A stretch of 62,926 nucleotides of DNA, filler included. It is 4 parts of 4 records of this genome, joined end to end, with 100 filler letters (N's around TTAATTAATTAA, not from the genome) between each part and the next. Parts side by side here need not be neighbours in the genome. Positions count along the whole stretch, not along the records: positions 18,758 to 31,927 come from SRR31156797_502; 3 more parts are not named here. One strand, given 5' to 3'. Under the pieces are notes generated by a model, which was not told where the DNA came from, did no database searches, and saw nothing but the letters and a program-made list of their open reading frames with translations. Each line of letters starts with the position of its first letter. The stretch's first letter is position 1. Position numbers and translations under genes: made by a program. Below are positions 21,147 to 30,155 of the stretch, piece after piece.

Positions 21147-21376
21147 TCGTCCCCCCAGGCTTGTTCCGGTTCCCAGATGGAAAATTCATCGGCGCCAACC
21201 GGTTTTCGCTCGTACCCCTGGCGGTGCTTGCCCTCCAGTTGCTCAAGGTTGTACCGAGCGAGCGCCTCGCGAAGCGCCTTTTTTGTAAAGGCAGAATGAT
21301 TTGTGTGGAGCTGTTTTGAAACGCGGTCAACCGCTTTGACAAGATCATCATCAAGGGTCATCTGAATCGTTCTCAT
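21143..21376 (-). CDS. Ribbon-helix-helix (CopG-type) antitoxin
   Basis: MRTIQMTLDDDLVKAVD...GYERKP...EFSIWE. ATGA overlap with the toxin gene. Confidence 0.85.
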   Translation of the reverse strand: MRTIQMTLDDDLVKAVDRVSKQLHTNHSAFTKKALREALARYNLEQLEGKHRQGYERKPVGADEFSIWEPEQAWGDE

Positions 21377-21459
21377 ATCATACCTCCATCATGTGGAGTG
21401 TTCCGGCTATTGTAGTCCAACATGATATGCCCCGCAACATCCAATCTCCGAAATCGACA

Positions 21460-21756
21460 TTACTCACCTTCAATATGTGACACTCGCTCTTTTCGTTCTT
21501 TGGTAAATGACCACCAGGGAAGCGGGGATCCACATTCCATGAAGTAAACAACCGACATGAACACGTCAATAACACAGGGGTCATGCCGTTTTCCCGAGGA
21601 TGCGCAAAGTGCCTCATATAGTTTAAATGGGTCTTTTCCCATGAGTTGCTTCGGGTGATCAATGCCGATCAGTCGGAGATCTCTCGCCATGGCCTTTCCG
21701 ATATTGGGAAGATCCGTAAGTCGTGATGCGGTTTTTCTGTCAGGATTTTTCATCAT
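21460..21756 (-). CDS. Helix-hairpin-helix protein (Cdd1/mitomycin-resistance-like)
   Basis: LTDLPNIGKAMARDLRLIGI...HDPCVIDVFMS...PWWSFT. Confidence 0.8.
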   Translation of the reverse strand: MMKNPDRKTASRLTDLPNIGKAMARDLRLIGIDHPKQLMGKDPFKLYEALCASSGKRHDPCVIDVFMSVVYFMECGSPLPWWSFTKERKERVSHIEGE

Positions 21757-21795
21757 ACTCCACCTTGTCCATATCCGGGCATCCCGGCGCCGGCA

Positions 21796-22012
21796 TCAGA
21801 CCCTCCGCCGAATTTCCATAAACGTGGCACCTTCACTAATGATGGAATCCGCATTTTTCAAAAAACCCTATCTTAGCGTTATTGGATATCAAGATCATAT
21901 GATGACACTGCGGGTATTTTGTTATTATCCTTCTCACCATCGTCCTTCCGATGCCTTTTCCCCCGTACGCATCCTGTATAAGCACGTAATGGATATATAC
22001 TCCTCATTTCCA
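21796..22012 (-). pseudogene. GNAT acetyltransferase remnant (frameshifted, not in the ORF track)
   Basis: Split over frames: YIHYVLIQDAY / RGKGIGRTMVRRIITKY...IGFFEKCGF. These are GNAT motif A and the C-terminal FxKxGF motif. Confidence 0.6.
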
Positions 22013-22531
22013 TTACCGGGTTCCCGCTTTTGTGCGGCAATCTGGCAGTCGCCATTCCATTTCAACATCGGTAACCTTATGGCCGTTTGAGCCTACGAAA
22101 AAATTGTCGGTGTTTTCTCCTACCACTTCAAACCCAAGTCTTTCGAATATAAAAACATTCCCTGTTTCTCCGATTGTTGACAAGCGAGTTGTGGAAATCC
22201 CCTTTTCTTTCGATATTTCTAAAATGCGGTTGACGAGGGCAAGGGCAATACCTTGGCGGCGATAGGCCTCGTGAACAGCGAGACCCAACAGGCGCATAAC
22301 GCCGTTTTCAATATAGTACTGGGTTGTCCCAACAACCTTCCCTTCCGAAATGGCGACCAAACGGGTAAGATCCCGTGCAATCCGTGATTTGTCGGCACAG
22401 GCGGCTTCGGTCGGGCGGTATACTTTGCGCAAAAACCGTATTTCGTGGTCCATTACAGTTTTCAGATCATCTGCGTCTTCAGGTATGGTTTCGCGTATCT
22501 CTATCATCGTTCTATCGGCGGTTGACGACAA
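22013..22531 (-). CDS. GNAT family N-acetyltransferase
   Basis: LAVHEAYRRQGIA and FERLGF. The real start may be ATG 22507. Confidence 0.85.
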   Translation of the reverse strand: MSSTADRTMIEIRETIPEDADDLKTVMDHEIRFLRKVYRPTEAACADKSRIARDLTRLVAISEGKVVGTTQYYIENGVMRLLGLAVHEAYRRQGIALALVNRILEISKEKGISTTRLSTIGETGNVFIFERLGFEVVGENTDNFFVGSNGHKVTDVEMEWRLPDCRTKAGTR

Positions 22532-22658
22532 GTTGTGCTTGACGCTCCGGTTCCATGGCCTTCCGTCCTTTCAGATTCGTTTCCAGTATTTCCGCTGATC
22601 CCAAAAGATGAAGACGGGGACGTCCGGTTTTTCATCACACGGTTGTAACCCATTTTTT

Positions 22659-23168
22659 TCATGCCCTTGTTATCATTTTTTTCCGGTAGTGGATCAAACT
22701 CTGTGACTTATCGACTTCCCATGGTTCCCGGGAAACTTCCTGGAATCCGCAGGATTTATACATTCTCTGCGCTGGAACAAAGAACGGATTGTCATTCGTT
22801 GTCACCTTCACGGTTTGGATTTTCAAAATCATAAAGCGATTAAGGATTTCCTTAACCTGTTGTTTGCCAAAACCTTGTCCCCGAAATTCGGGAAGGATGC
22901 AGTTGTGTCCAATAATACCGTGGAATGGCCTTTGGCGTGGATCGAAGGAGGCAAGTCCAACGAGTTTTCGTCCATGCCAACTCAAAAAAACACAAGCACC
23001 TACAGTCTCCGGATTGCCGTAAGCATCACCATCGAACTCCTCCCAATTCGCTTTTTCAGGCTCCCAGTGAATCGGATCTGATTGAATGAGATCGGCGTAA
23101 CTCCGAAATAGCAATGAGGCTAAGATCCCCGGTTCCCCATTATTTATTGATTTGAATTGCAATGTCAT
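22659..23168 (-). CDS. GNAT family N-acetyltransferase
   Basis: ILPEFRGQGFG and MYKSCGF. Start taken at MTLQF after an AGGA RBS. Confidence 0.85.
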   Translation of the reverse strand: MTLQFKSINNGEPGILASLLFRSYADLIQSDPIHWEPEKANWEEFDGDAYGNPETVGACVFLSWHGRKLVGLASFDPRQRPFHGIIGHNCILPEFRGQGFGKQQVKEILNRFMILKIQTVKVTTNDNPFFVPAQRMYKSCGFQEVSREPWEVDKSQSLIHYRKKMITRA

Positions 23169-23682
23169 CGACACGTCTTCCTTTAAAGAGCAAAAAGCGC
23201 CTCCCATTTTTCAAATCTGTTTCCTCCAGAACTCCTGCACCTTTATGGCGTATGTAGCGTTTGGCAAGTGATCTGGCGAGTTTTAAAGACAAATCATTGT
23301 TCGTGGCAACCTCGCTGGCAATAGGAAGAGATAATTGTTTCCCAGCATCCAGGATGGCATTATATAGCCTGATTCCGTTGAGGCCTTTTCTGAATTCTTT
23401 TTTAACGAAAATAGCGCCAACCTCAAGATAAGCGTCGCTCATACTATGTGATACAATTTTTTGCAGTAGTGCAAACCCTATCGCCTTTTTTGCCGAATAC
23501 AGGATGGCGGATATCTTGTCAGGGGTTAACCAAAATGATTTAAAATTTTGCTCGGAAGCTAAAGGTTGTTCGGCGTTATAATTGGAAACTTCATCATGAT
23601 ACTCTTTGAAAAGGTCCCAAAGTAGGTGGATTTGCGATCTTTCGACTTTTCTTATCCCTGAATCGTGGAAATTTATTTCCAA
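23140..23682 (-). CDS. GNAT-like acetyltransferase
   Basis: IGFALL...GAIFVKKEFRKG. The AGGAGG RBS upstream supports the TTG start. Confidence 0.65.
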   Translation of the reverse strand: MEINFHDSGIRKVERSQIHLLWDLFKEYHDEVSNYNAEQPLASEQNFKSFWLTPDKISAILYSAKKAIGFALLQKIVSHSMSDAYLEVGAIFVKKEFRKGLNGIRLYNAILDAGKQLSLPIASEVATNNDLSLKLARSLAKRYIRHKGAGVLEETDLKNGRRFLLFKGRRVDDIAIQINK

Positions 23683-23748
23683 AGAACCTCCTTACATTTT
23701 GATGCCATAGCGATGCGGTCAGTGGCAGGCAAGCTTTCCATCTTCCAC

Positions 23749-24063
23749 TCAGGTGGACCCTTTGAGCACGGCCGTCAGCCCGAAGGCGATTCCCCCCCCC
23801 GGCATTTGGGCCGCGATATTTTTGGGGTGGATGGCCACGCCGCAGTCCAGGGCGCAAACCACCCTGTGAACCCTCACATCCCCGGCTTCGGGCGTGGAAA
23901 TTGGCCAATCTTTTATGGGATCGGCGGCAGCAGGGGCAATTGAGAGCGCACAGAAAAATAACAAATTTATAATCACAAAGGGAATGGCATGGGTCATGTG
24001 CTGTTTGTTTCGGAATGTCTTCATGGTGTATACCCGAAAGGAATCGTTATTCGTGGTTCCCAA
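23749..24063 (-). pseudogene. Chimeric remnant: secreted-protein N-terminus fused to a molybdopterin oxidoreductase (isoquinoline/xanthine dehydrogenase large subunit) C-terminal fragment
   Basis: Signal peptide + DWPISTPEA, then directly VRVHRVVCALDCGVAIHPKNIAAQMPGGGIAFGL. Confidence 0.6.
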
Positions 24064-24368
24064 TTCACCTCCAACAAAAAAAACCGTTCTGCCTTGGGCA
24101 GCGGGGTTTTCAGGTACCTTGGGTCATATCTTTTCCTCTTTTGATTGAAGACGAAAAAGGGCAAGGTGTAATGACAATAGTGATGAAATCAGCAAACGAT
24201 AACTAACCGACTTGCTTACGCCATTGAAAATTTCAAGTCAAGAAGAAAAATTGAGTGATTGAGGATCAATTCTCCGGTTGTTGGAAGGGCTCGTCCCTCT
24301 GATGCGATTGAGTTCCCATTTCAGCCATAGGCCGCAAAAGCCCGTCTCCAAAAGAGACGAGATGCCCC

Positions 24369-25670
24369 TCAAATGATATACATCTCTTCCGCGGCCCGCA
24401 GGAGGTCGTCTCTAAAATCGGGATGGGCCAGTTTAATAATGGCGAGGGCACGTTGCCGGGTTGACATCCCTTTCAGGTTGGCGGTGCCGTATTCGGTCAC
24501 CAGAAAATGGGTGTCGTTACGGGGGGTCGTGATCATGGTCCCTTCCTGCAGCCTGGGGACGATACGGGAAATTTTTCCTTTTCGGGCCGTGGCATGAAAT
24601 GCCAGGATGGACTTGCCGCCCTTGGCGTCGTATGCACCCCGTACAAAATCGAGCTGCCCGCCGGTTCCGCTGAACTGATGCCCCGCCATGAATTCGGCAT
24701 TGGCCTGACCGAAAAGATCCACCTCAAGAACGGAATTGACCGAAATCATGTGATCATTTTGAGCAATGACCGACGGGTGGTTGGTATATGAGACGGGATA
24801 GCTTTCCACGGCGGGATTGTCATGGAGAAAACGGAGCATCTCCTTGTCGCCGAAGGCCATGGTAAAGATGTGCTTTCTGGGGTGGAGTGTTTTTCTTTTT
24901 CCCGTAATGACGCCTTTTTTGATGAGATCCGACATGCCCGGACAGAAGACCTCCGTGTGAATGCCAAGGTCCTTGTGGCCGTCCAGAAAAGCGGCTACGG
25001 CATTGGGAAGACTGCCGAATCCCAATTGGATGGTGGCCCCGTCCGGGATCATCCCGGCGACGGTCTTGCCGATGATCTTATCTTCCGGTTCAAGGGTTGC
25101 CAGGGGCAGATCCATGAGGGGCACATGGTTTTCCACCACCGCATCCACCTCCGAAATATGGATCAGAGAGTCTCCGTGGACCCGGGGCATGTTTTGGTTG
25201 ACTTCGACAATCACATGTTTGGCGCATCGGGCCGCAGTGGAGGTAAAATCATTGGCCGTGCCGAAGGTGAAATAACCGGATTTGTCCATGGGGGAGACCG
25301 TGGTGGCGGCCACGTCCACGGTCATGCACTCTGAAATGAGCCTCGGCATCTGATGGAAATGATTGGGCAGGTAGTCATTGAGCCCCACATGCACCAGACC
25401 GCGGTCGCCGGTCCCCACAAACTGGGCCCAACGTTCCACGCAATCCACCAGATCGGGAGCCAGCACGGTGTTTTGGGCATGGGCCAAAGCCAGGCTGCTC
25501 AGAAGTCGCAGTTTTTTCAGATCGCAGGCGCGAAGGCGTTGGGCAAAGGCTTCAAGCAGGGCCGGAGGTTCCGCAAGGGCCACCCCGAATATGAGAAGGC
25601 TTCCGTCCTTTATGCGTGCCACCGCCCCATCCGGTGTGGTCAGCTTTTTTTGATAGTGTGATTGGTACAT
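24369..25670 (-). CDS. Acetyl-CoA hydrolase/transferase (4-hydroxybutyrate CoA-transferase-like)
   Basis: TIQLGFG, DLGIHTE, SGTGGQLDF and VTEYG. Start at MYQSH (25670). Confidence 0.92.
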   Translation of the reverse strand: MYQSHYQKKLTTPDGAVARIKDGSLLIFGVALAEPPALLEAFAQRLRACDLKKLRLLSSLALAHAQNTVLAPDLVDCVERWAQFVGTGDRGLVHVGLNDYLPNHFHQMPRLISECMTVDVAATTVSPMDKSGYFTFGTANDFTSTAARCAKHVIVEVNQNMPRVHGDSLIHISEVDAVVENHVPLMDLPLATLEPEDKIIGKTVAGMIPDGATIQLGFGSLPNAVAAFLDGHKDLGIHTEVFCPGMSDLIKKGVITGKRKTLHPRKHIFTMAFGDKEMLRFLHDNPAVESYPVSYTNHPSVIAQNDHMISVNSVLEVDLFGQANAEFMAGHQFSGTGGQLDFVRGAYDAKGGKSILAFHATARKGKISRIVPRLQEGTMITTPRNDTHFLVTEYGTANLKGMSTRQRALAIIKLAHPDFRDDLLRAAEEMYII

Positions 25671-25680
25671 GTGGATTGGG

Positions 25681-25974
25681 TTAACCTCCGGATGAAGGGA
25701 TATGGATATCGACCACATCATCTTCTTCAAGTATCCGGTCAAAATCGACCGCTTTGTGATTTACAAATACATGAAGATCCAGGTCGTCCCACTCTTCCGG
25801 CTTGCCGATGCCGGGAATTTGCAGGAGCAAATTCTCCACGGTGGTTCCCGCCTCAAGCTTCATTATGAAATCTTCTTCACGTCCGAATTTGGAGCGAAAA
25901 GCATCTGTCTGTCCCACTGAATAGCATGAATTTAGTTTTATTCTGATTGGATTCTCTGTATTTGTTGTGTTCAT
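25681..25974 (-). CDS. MoaD/ThiS ubiquitin-like protein
   Basis: Small beta-grasp-like protein with FVN...L.E.D.V.I and a C-terminal SGG. Confidence 0.75.
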   Translation of the reverse strand: MNTTNTENPIRIKLNSCYSVGQTDAFRSKFGREEDFIMKLEAGTTVENLLLQIPGIGKPEEWDDLDLHVFVNHKAVDFDRILEEDDVVDIHIPSSGG

Positions 25975-26058
25975 TGAACCTCATTTTATCATTCCGAACG
26001 CTGCATGAGGATATGATATATATTCAGTATCATGTCAACCAATTAATGCCCGTTTTCC

Positions 26059-26550
26059 CTAGTCCAGATCCAACCCCGTTTTACATTGATTGCATTTTAC
26101 GGCCCCCCTGAAAACCTTGTTGCCGCATTCAGGACAATAATAACGCGCCTCTTCATCCTGAATCCATTTTTCAGTCCCCACATTCCTCCTATACGGCACA
26201 CACCGCAAAATGACCTTTTTTCCGACGGTCATTGAAAAATCGTCGATATGCGAACAAGGAAATTCGTCGCACAAATGGCACCCCTCAATCCCTTTCCTTT
26301 GGGTGCAATCTCTTATTTCACATTGCCTGCAATGCATAAACAGATCATCTGATAAACACCCGCCGCAGCGAATGTCTTTGGTTTCAAGATTTTCACTGTT
26401 GGGAAGGGTGCCTTTGCCGGATACGCCCCCTTTGTAGAGGTTGACCAATCGCTCCTTAAATTTTTCGTTATTATTTTTGTGGGCAATATGAATGGCGCAA
26501 ACGCCGCAGTATAGTCCGCACGGTGAGGCGAAATCGGGATTTATGGTCAT
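26059..26550 (-). CDS. DUF3795 Cys-rich protein with C-terminal zinc ribbon
   Basis: PCGLYCGVC, CGGC, CEIRDC, CHLCDEFPC, CPECG...CNQC. Confidence 0.85.
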   Translation of the reverse strand: MTINPDFASPCGLYCGVCAIHIAHKNNNEKFKERLVNLYKGGVSGKGTLPNSENLETKDIRCGGCLSDDLFMHCRQCEIRDCTQRKGIEGCHLCDEFPCSHIDDFSMTVGKKVILRCVPYRRNVGTEKWIQDEEARYYCPECGNKVFRGAVKCNQCKTGLDLD

Positions 26551-26734
26551 TTTTCAATTCTCCTTTTACCTAATTTATCCGAGGATTTACATGATACGGG
26601 GATCGGAAATGATACGATACCGACCCCTTTGATGCATATCTTTTAGGGTGCCCACAAAATCAAAATTCGAAGGCGGTAAGGATTTGTAAATGGCGGATAG
26701 CCGCCCCATTTCATCCAACTCTTTAAAAAATGAA

Positions 26735-28015
26735 CTAATATTCCATTTGGTTTATTATCGCTTCAAGATAACGGGATTTAACCTGTTGACTGGCTAAGGC
26801 TTGTTTTAAAGGTGGCAGTTTTAGAATCACCCCGAGAACCGCGGCCAGGGCACGATGACTGAATAAAACACGGTTATCAAAAATCAAATGCTGCAGTGTA
26901 CCCCTTTCAATTGCCATAACCACTGCCCTGTGTGTTCCATTCAAAGGCGTTATCACTCTCTGTGGCCGGGCCTCCAAATGGATACTATCCTTTGGGCAGG
27001 ACCGGACGCAAAGACCACATCCCAAACACAAATCCTCCTCCAGTCCGGCCTTTTTCATTTTCGGTCCATGGGGATTATTCCAAGAGATTAAGGTCATGGC
27101 TTCCACGGGACAAACATGAACGCATTTGCCGCAACCATCGCACCGTTCGGTACTGATTTCAGGCATAAAGTTGGTTGTATGAACGGGATTCAGAATTGCA
27201 AAGCGTCTGGCGGCAATCATTGCTTCACAGCAGCACCCGCAACAATTGCAAATGAAATTCACTTTCTCCCTCACATTATCGCCGAACTGAACAAGATTGT
27301 TCTCATAAGCCTGGTGCAAAAGCGCCATGCCTTCCCCCGGATCAACCATACGGGCGTGACCATGTTTAATTAACGATGCCGCGGAAATATTAAATGTCAT
27401 GCATATTTCCATGGGCGCATCACATACTTTGCCCATATGGTACATTTTGTGTCGGCAGTAGCATGTACCGATTCCCATGTGGGAAGCCGTTTTAATGACC
27501 TCCGTGGCTCTTTCGTAATCAATAACATGGTACGCATTTTCATTGGACAAAACCGGTTCGTGGACAAAGACACGCCCGAGCTGTGTCTCTCCTCTGGTAA
27601 AGAGCTCCCGAATAAAATCTTCTTCCACATTCAGATACTGGTAAAAAAGCTCACTTAATAATTTCTGATCAATATCATTACGCACCCGCATCAACGAAAA
27701 CTCAAAAAAACCGGCCATGGGGGGTGGCAAAATGTAAACAGATTTCCCATTCTGCTCAACATCAACCAGGATGGCCCGCCCGGCAAGCTCATTCAGCGTC
27801 TTTTGAGTGCTCGGAAGATCCATTTTCCAGATTCGGCTGGCTTTTTCCGCGGTAAAGGGTTTGATGGGCAGAAGAGAAACCAGTTCAGCCGCTTTCTCAC
27901 TAAAAAGCATTTTCAATATTTGGTTGAGCAATTTAGATGGAGGGGCCCCTTGGGGAAAGCGGTTTAGACGATCAATTAACTGGGAGTAACCGGGTTTAAT
28001 GGTATGATGAGCCAT
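26735..28015 (-). CDS. 4Fe-4S dicluster domain protein
   Basis: CYCRH, ICNCCGCCC and two CxxCxxCxxxCP motifs. Confidence 0.9.
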   Translation of the reverse strand: MAHHTIKPGYSQLIDRLNRFPQGAPPSKLLNQILKMLFSEKAAELVSLLPIKPFTAEKASRIWKMDLPSTQKTLNELAGRAILVDVEQNGKSVYILPPPMAGFFEFSLMRVRNDIDQKLLSELFYQYLNVEEDFIRELFTRGETQLGRVFVHEPVLSNENAYHVIDYERATEVIKTASHMGIGTCYCRHKMYHMGKVCDAPMEICMTFNISAASLIKHGHARMVDPGEGMALLHQAYENNLVQFGDNVREKVNFICNCCGCCCEAMIAARRFAILNPVHTTNFMPEISTERCDGCGKCVHVCPVEAMTLISWNNPHGPKMKKAGLEEDLCLGCGLCVRSCPKDSIHLEARPQRVITPLNGTHRAVVMAIERGTLQHLIFDNRVLFSHRALAAVLGVILKLPPLKQALASQQVKSRYLEAIINQMEY

Positions 28016-28119
28016 AATTAAGAATGAGTCTCAATTCCGGGGACACTTGCCTCTCCTTGAACTGGAACAAATGTTTTCATTTGTGGACGGACACCCTCTC
28101 AGTTTCTCCCAAATAGGGG

Positions 28120-28232
28120 AACATGTCAACCATCACCGGTATGTGAAGTTCGGCGCCTGGACCGAACGCCGGATTCCGAAAGAGAGAACGATAACAGGTG
28201 GTCAGCACGACATCGTTCAGAGTCGCACCCTA
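28120..28232 (-). pseudogene. Possible condensation-domain/acyltransferase remnant
   Basis: A short frame reads GATLNDVVLTTCYRSLF...IPVMVDM, similar to the GATxND...PVxVDxR motifs. Confidence 0.3.
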
Positions 28233-28293
28233 CAATAGCCCCTGAGTTCCGTGGTTCTTTCCCACCCTGTTTTGCGGGTGAGATCGGGGGGGC

Positions 28294-29175
28294 CTAGATC
28301 AGGCCGTTGCGGACCGCCCACACGGCTGCCTGGGTTCGGTCGCCGACGGTTAATTTGTTGAAGATATTGATCATATGGCTTTTTACCGTATGGGGGCTGA
28401 TAAAGAGAAGCCTGCCGATTTCATTGTTGGTATACCCTTTGGCAATGAGTGCCAACACTTCCATCTCCCTGTCTGTGAGGTTAACATCCTGTTTGCCGGC
28501 AGGCTCCGGATTGGGCACGCCCGGCGTTGTTTCCAGCCGGGCTTCCAGTTTACGGATCCGGTCATCCTGCTCCTGGATACGGCGTTTCAAGCCGGAGGTA
28601 TCAATCTCCAGGGAGACCGAATGAACCAGGTTGCCCTGTCCGTCGAAAACCGGGTAGACCGCGTTCTCACTCATGGGACGGGTTAAATTTGAGCATTTGT
28701 CTGCCGTGGCCCTTCCCCTTGCCACGGCGGCGGCCAATGCCATGCAGGTTGGAAACCCGCAGTCCCGGCAGTTGGTCCCGGGCAGAAGCTTCAAAATATC
28801 CAGAACCCGGACATGCCCGATCCGGTTATAATTGGGCCGGATCTCCTTTTTTCCGGCATCCAGGCCGTTCAGAAAATCCATCAACCGCCCGATAAAGGCT
28901 AAGGCCGCGGCCCGGCTGTCGAAAAAATGGGCGACGGCCAGGGCTGGATAGAGTGCGCAACGGCATCCCCCAAAGAGGAATCTAACATGGTCAGGTCGTT
29001 CATACCAAAGGGCGTCATCCACCGCTCCGTTGATATGGGGAAAGAGAAAGGCGAGATCCTGGTCCGGACGGAATGAAAGGGACCAGACCTTGGCGGACAT
29101 GCTGTCCGCATCCTTGCCGGAGTTGCGAAAATCAGAGACAATACAATTAACCTCGGAGTAGGATGTCAGCATCAT
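28294..29175 (-). CDS. Fe-S-binding domain + LuxR-type HTH regulator
   Basis: LPGTNCRDCGFPTCMALA...C (FeS domain), a coiled coil, and LTDREMEVL...GYTNNEIG..LFISPHTVKSH. Confidence 0.88.
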   Translation of the reverse strand: MMLTSYSEVNCIVSDFRNSGKDADSMSAKVWSLSFRPDQDLAFLFPHINGAVDDALWYERPDHVRFLFGGCRCALYPALAVAHFFDSRAAALAFIGRLMDFLNGLDAGKKEIRPNYNRIGHVRVLDILKLLPGTNCRDCGFPTCMALAAAVARGRATADKCSNLTRPMSENAVYPVFDGQGNLVHSVSLEIDTSGLKRRIQEQDDRIRKLEARLETTPGVPNPEPAGKQDVNLTDREMEVLALIAKGYTNNEIGRLLFISPHTVKSHMINIFNKLTVGDRTQAAVWAVRNGLI

Positions 29176-29435
29176 GACCCTCTTTCTTAAAGGTTGTCAT
29201 TCAGGATTTTTCCATCATACCTGAAAAGATACAATTGAAAACCCCCCAATTGGGTGATGTAAATTATTTTTATGCCTGGTACCCAAGGCATGAAGGCAAT
29301 ATGGGAACTGAGGCCACAAGCATGATAACAACGGCAGCGTTAAATCGGGATTTCGTTTTAACGCCAGGGGCCGGGACATATCAGGAGCGGTTTCTGAAAA
29401 ATGCCCGACCCGGCTTGAGAAAAAGGAGGCGGATG

Positions 29436-30065
29436 ATGCATGAAAAAGCTGAGGTATTTGAAACCCATTACCAGGACTACTGCCGCGGGATCGGACAAAT
29501 CGACTTTAAGACTGCTGCGGAAATCCTTGGCATTGAACCGGAGGGCGACGGAGTCCGTATCCGGTTTTTGAACCAGACGTACCAGGTATCGGGGGAGGGG
29601 ATAAGGGATGGTTCAGGCAACAGGCCGGCTTACGGGGTGTGCGTGATCCTGGCAAAGTATATGCTGTGCTGTCCTGACCGGATTTATCATGATCCCCAGT
29701 GGGTGGCTTTCAGGGACTTTAAAAAAGATGCCGCCATCACAAATGTCAATTTTTTCACCTCTGACGTTCAACAGGCCGTCCTCAGACATTTTCAGGGCCG
29801 GATGGACCGGCTTGAAAGGGCCTGTGGACACCTGGGAGGGATCCCCCATGATACCGGGGCCGGCTATGATGTTTCCATGGCCATTGATCTTCTTCCCCGG
29901 ATCCGTCTCCTGGTGCTATTCAATGACCGGGATGAGGATTTCCCGGCCCTGTGCCGGGTGCTGTTCCAGAAGCACTCGGAATTCTACCTGGATCCGGAAT
30001 CCCTGGCCATGAGCGGAGCAGGCCTTGCCAAGGAGCTGATCCGGGCGGACAATGTAGAAACGTAG
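29436..30065 (+). CDS. DUF3786 domain protein
   Basis: WVAFRDF, LLPRI and DEDFPA...LF...YLDPESL. AGGAGG at 29424-29429 supports an ATG start at 29433 or 29436. Confidence 0.8.
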   Translation: MHEKAEVFETHYQDYCRGIGQIDFKTAAEILGIEPEGDGVRIRFLNQTYQVSGEGIRDGSGNRPAYGVCVILAKYMLCCPDRIYHDPQWVAFRDFKKDAAITNVNFFTSDVQQAVLRHFQGRMDRLERACGHLGGIPHDTGAGYDVSMAIDLLPRIRLLVLFNDRDEDFPALCRVLFQKHSEFYLDPESLAMSGAGLAKELIRADNVET

Positions 30066-30155
30066 GAACGTTCTTAACTTTTAAATATTAGCATAATAGA
30101 CTACGCGCTTGAATGATTTTCCGAGCCTCTACACGAAGAAACTTAACCGGGGCCC

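Noticed and set aside
21460-23700. Integron cassette array explanation for the GNAT cluster
   Set aside because: I found no RYYYAAC...GTTRRRY attC structures and no integrase, and two of the genes overlap.
26688-26710. GGCGG-ATAG-CCGCC hairpin as a terminator
   Set aside because: The stem is short and bulged, with no clear U-tract on the coding (minus) strand.
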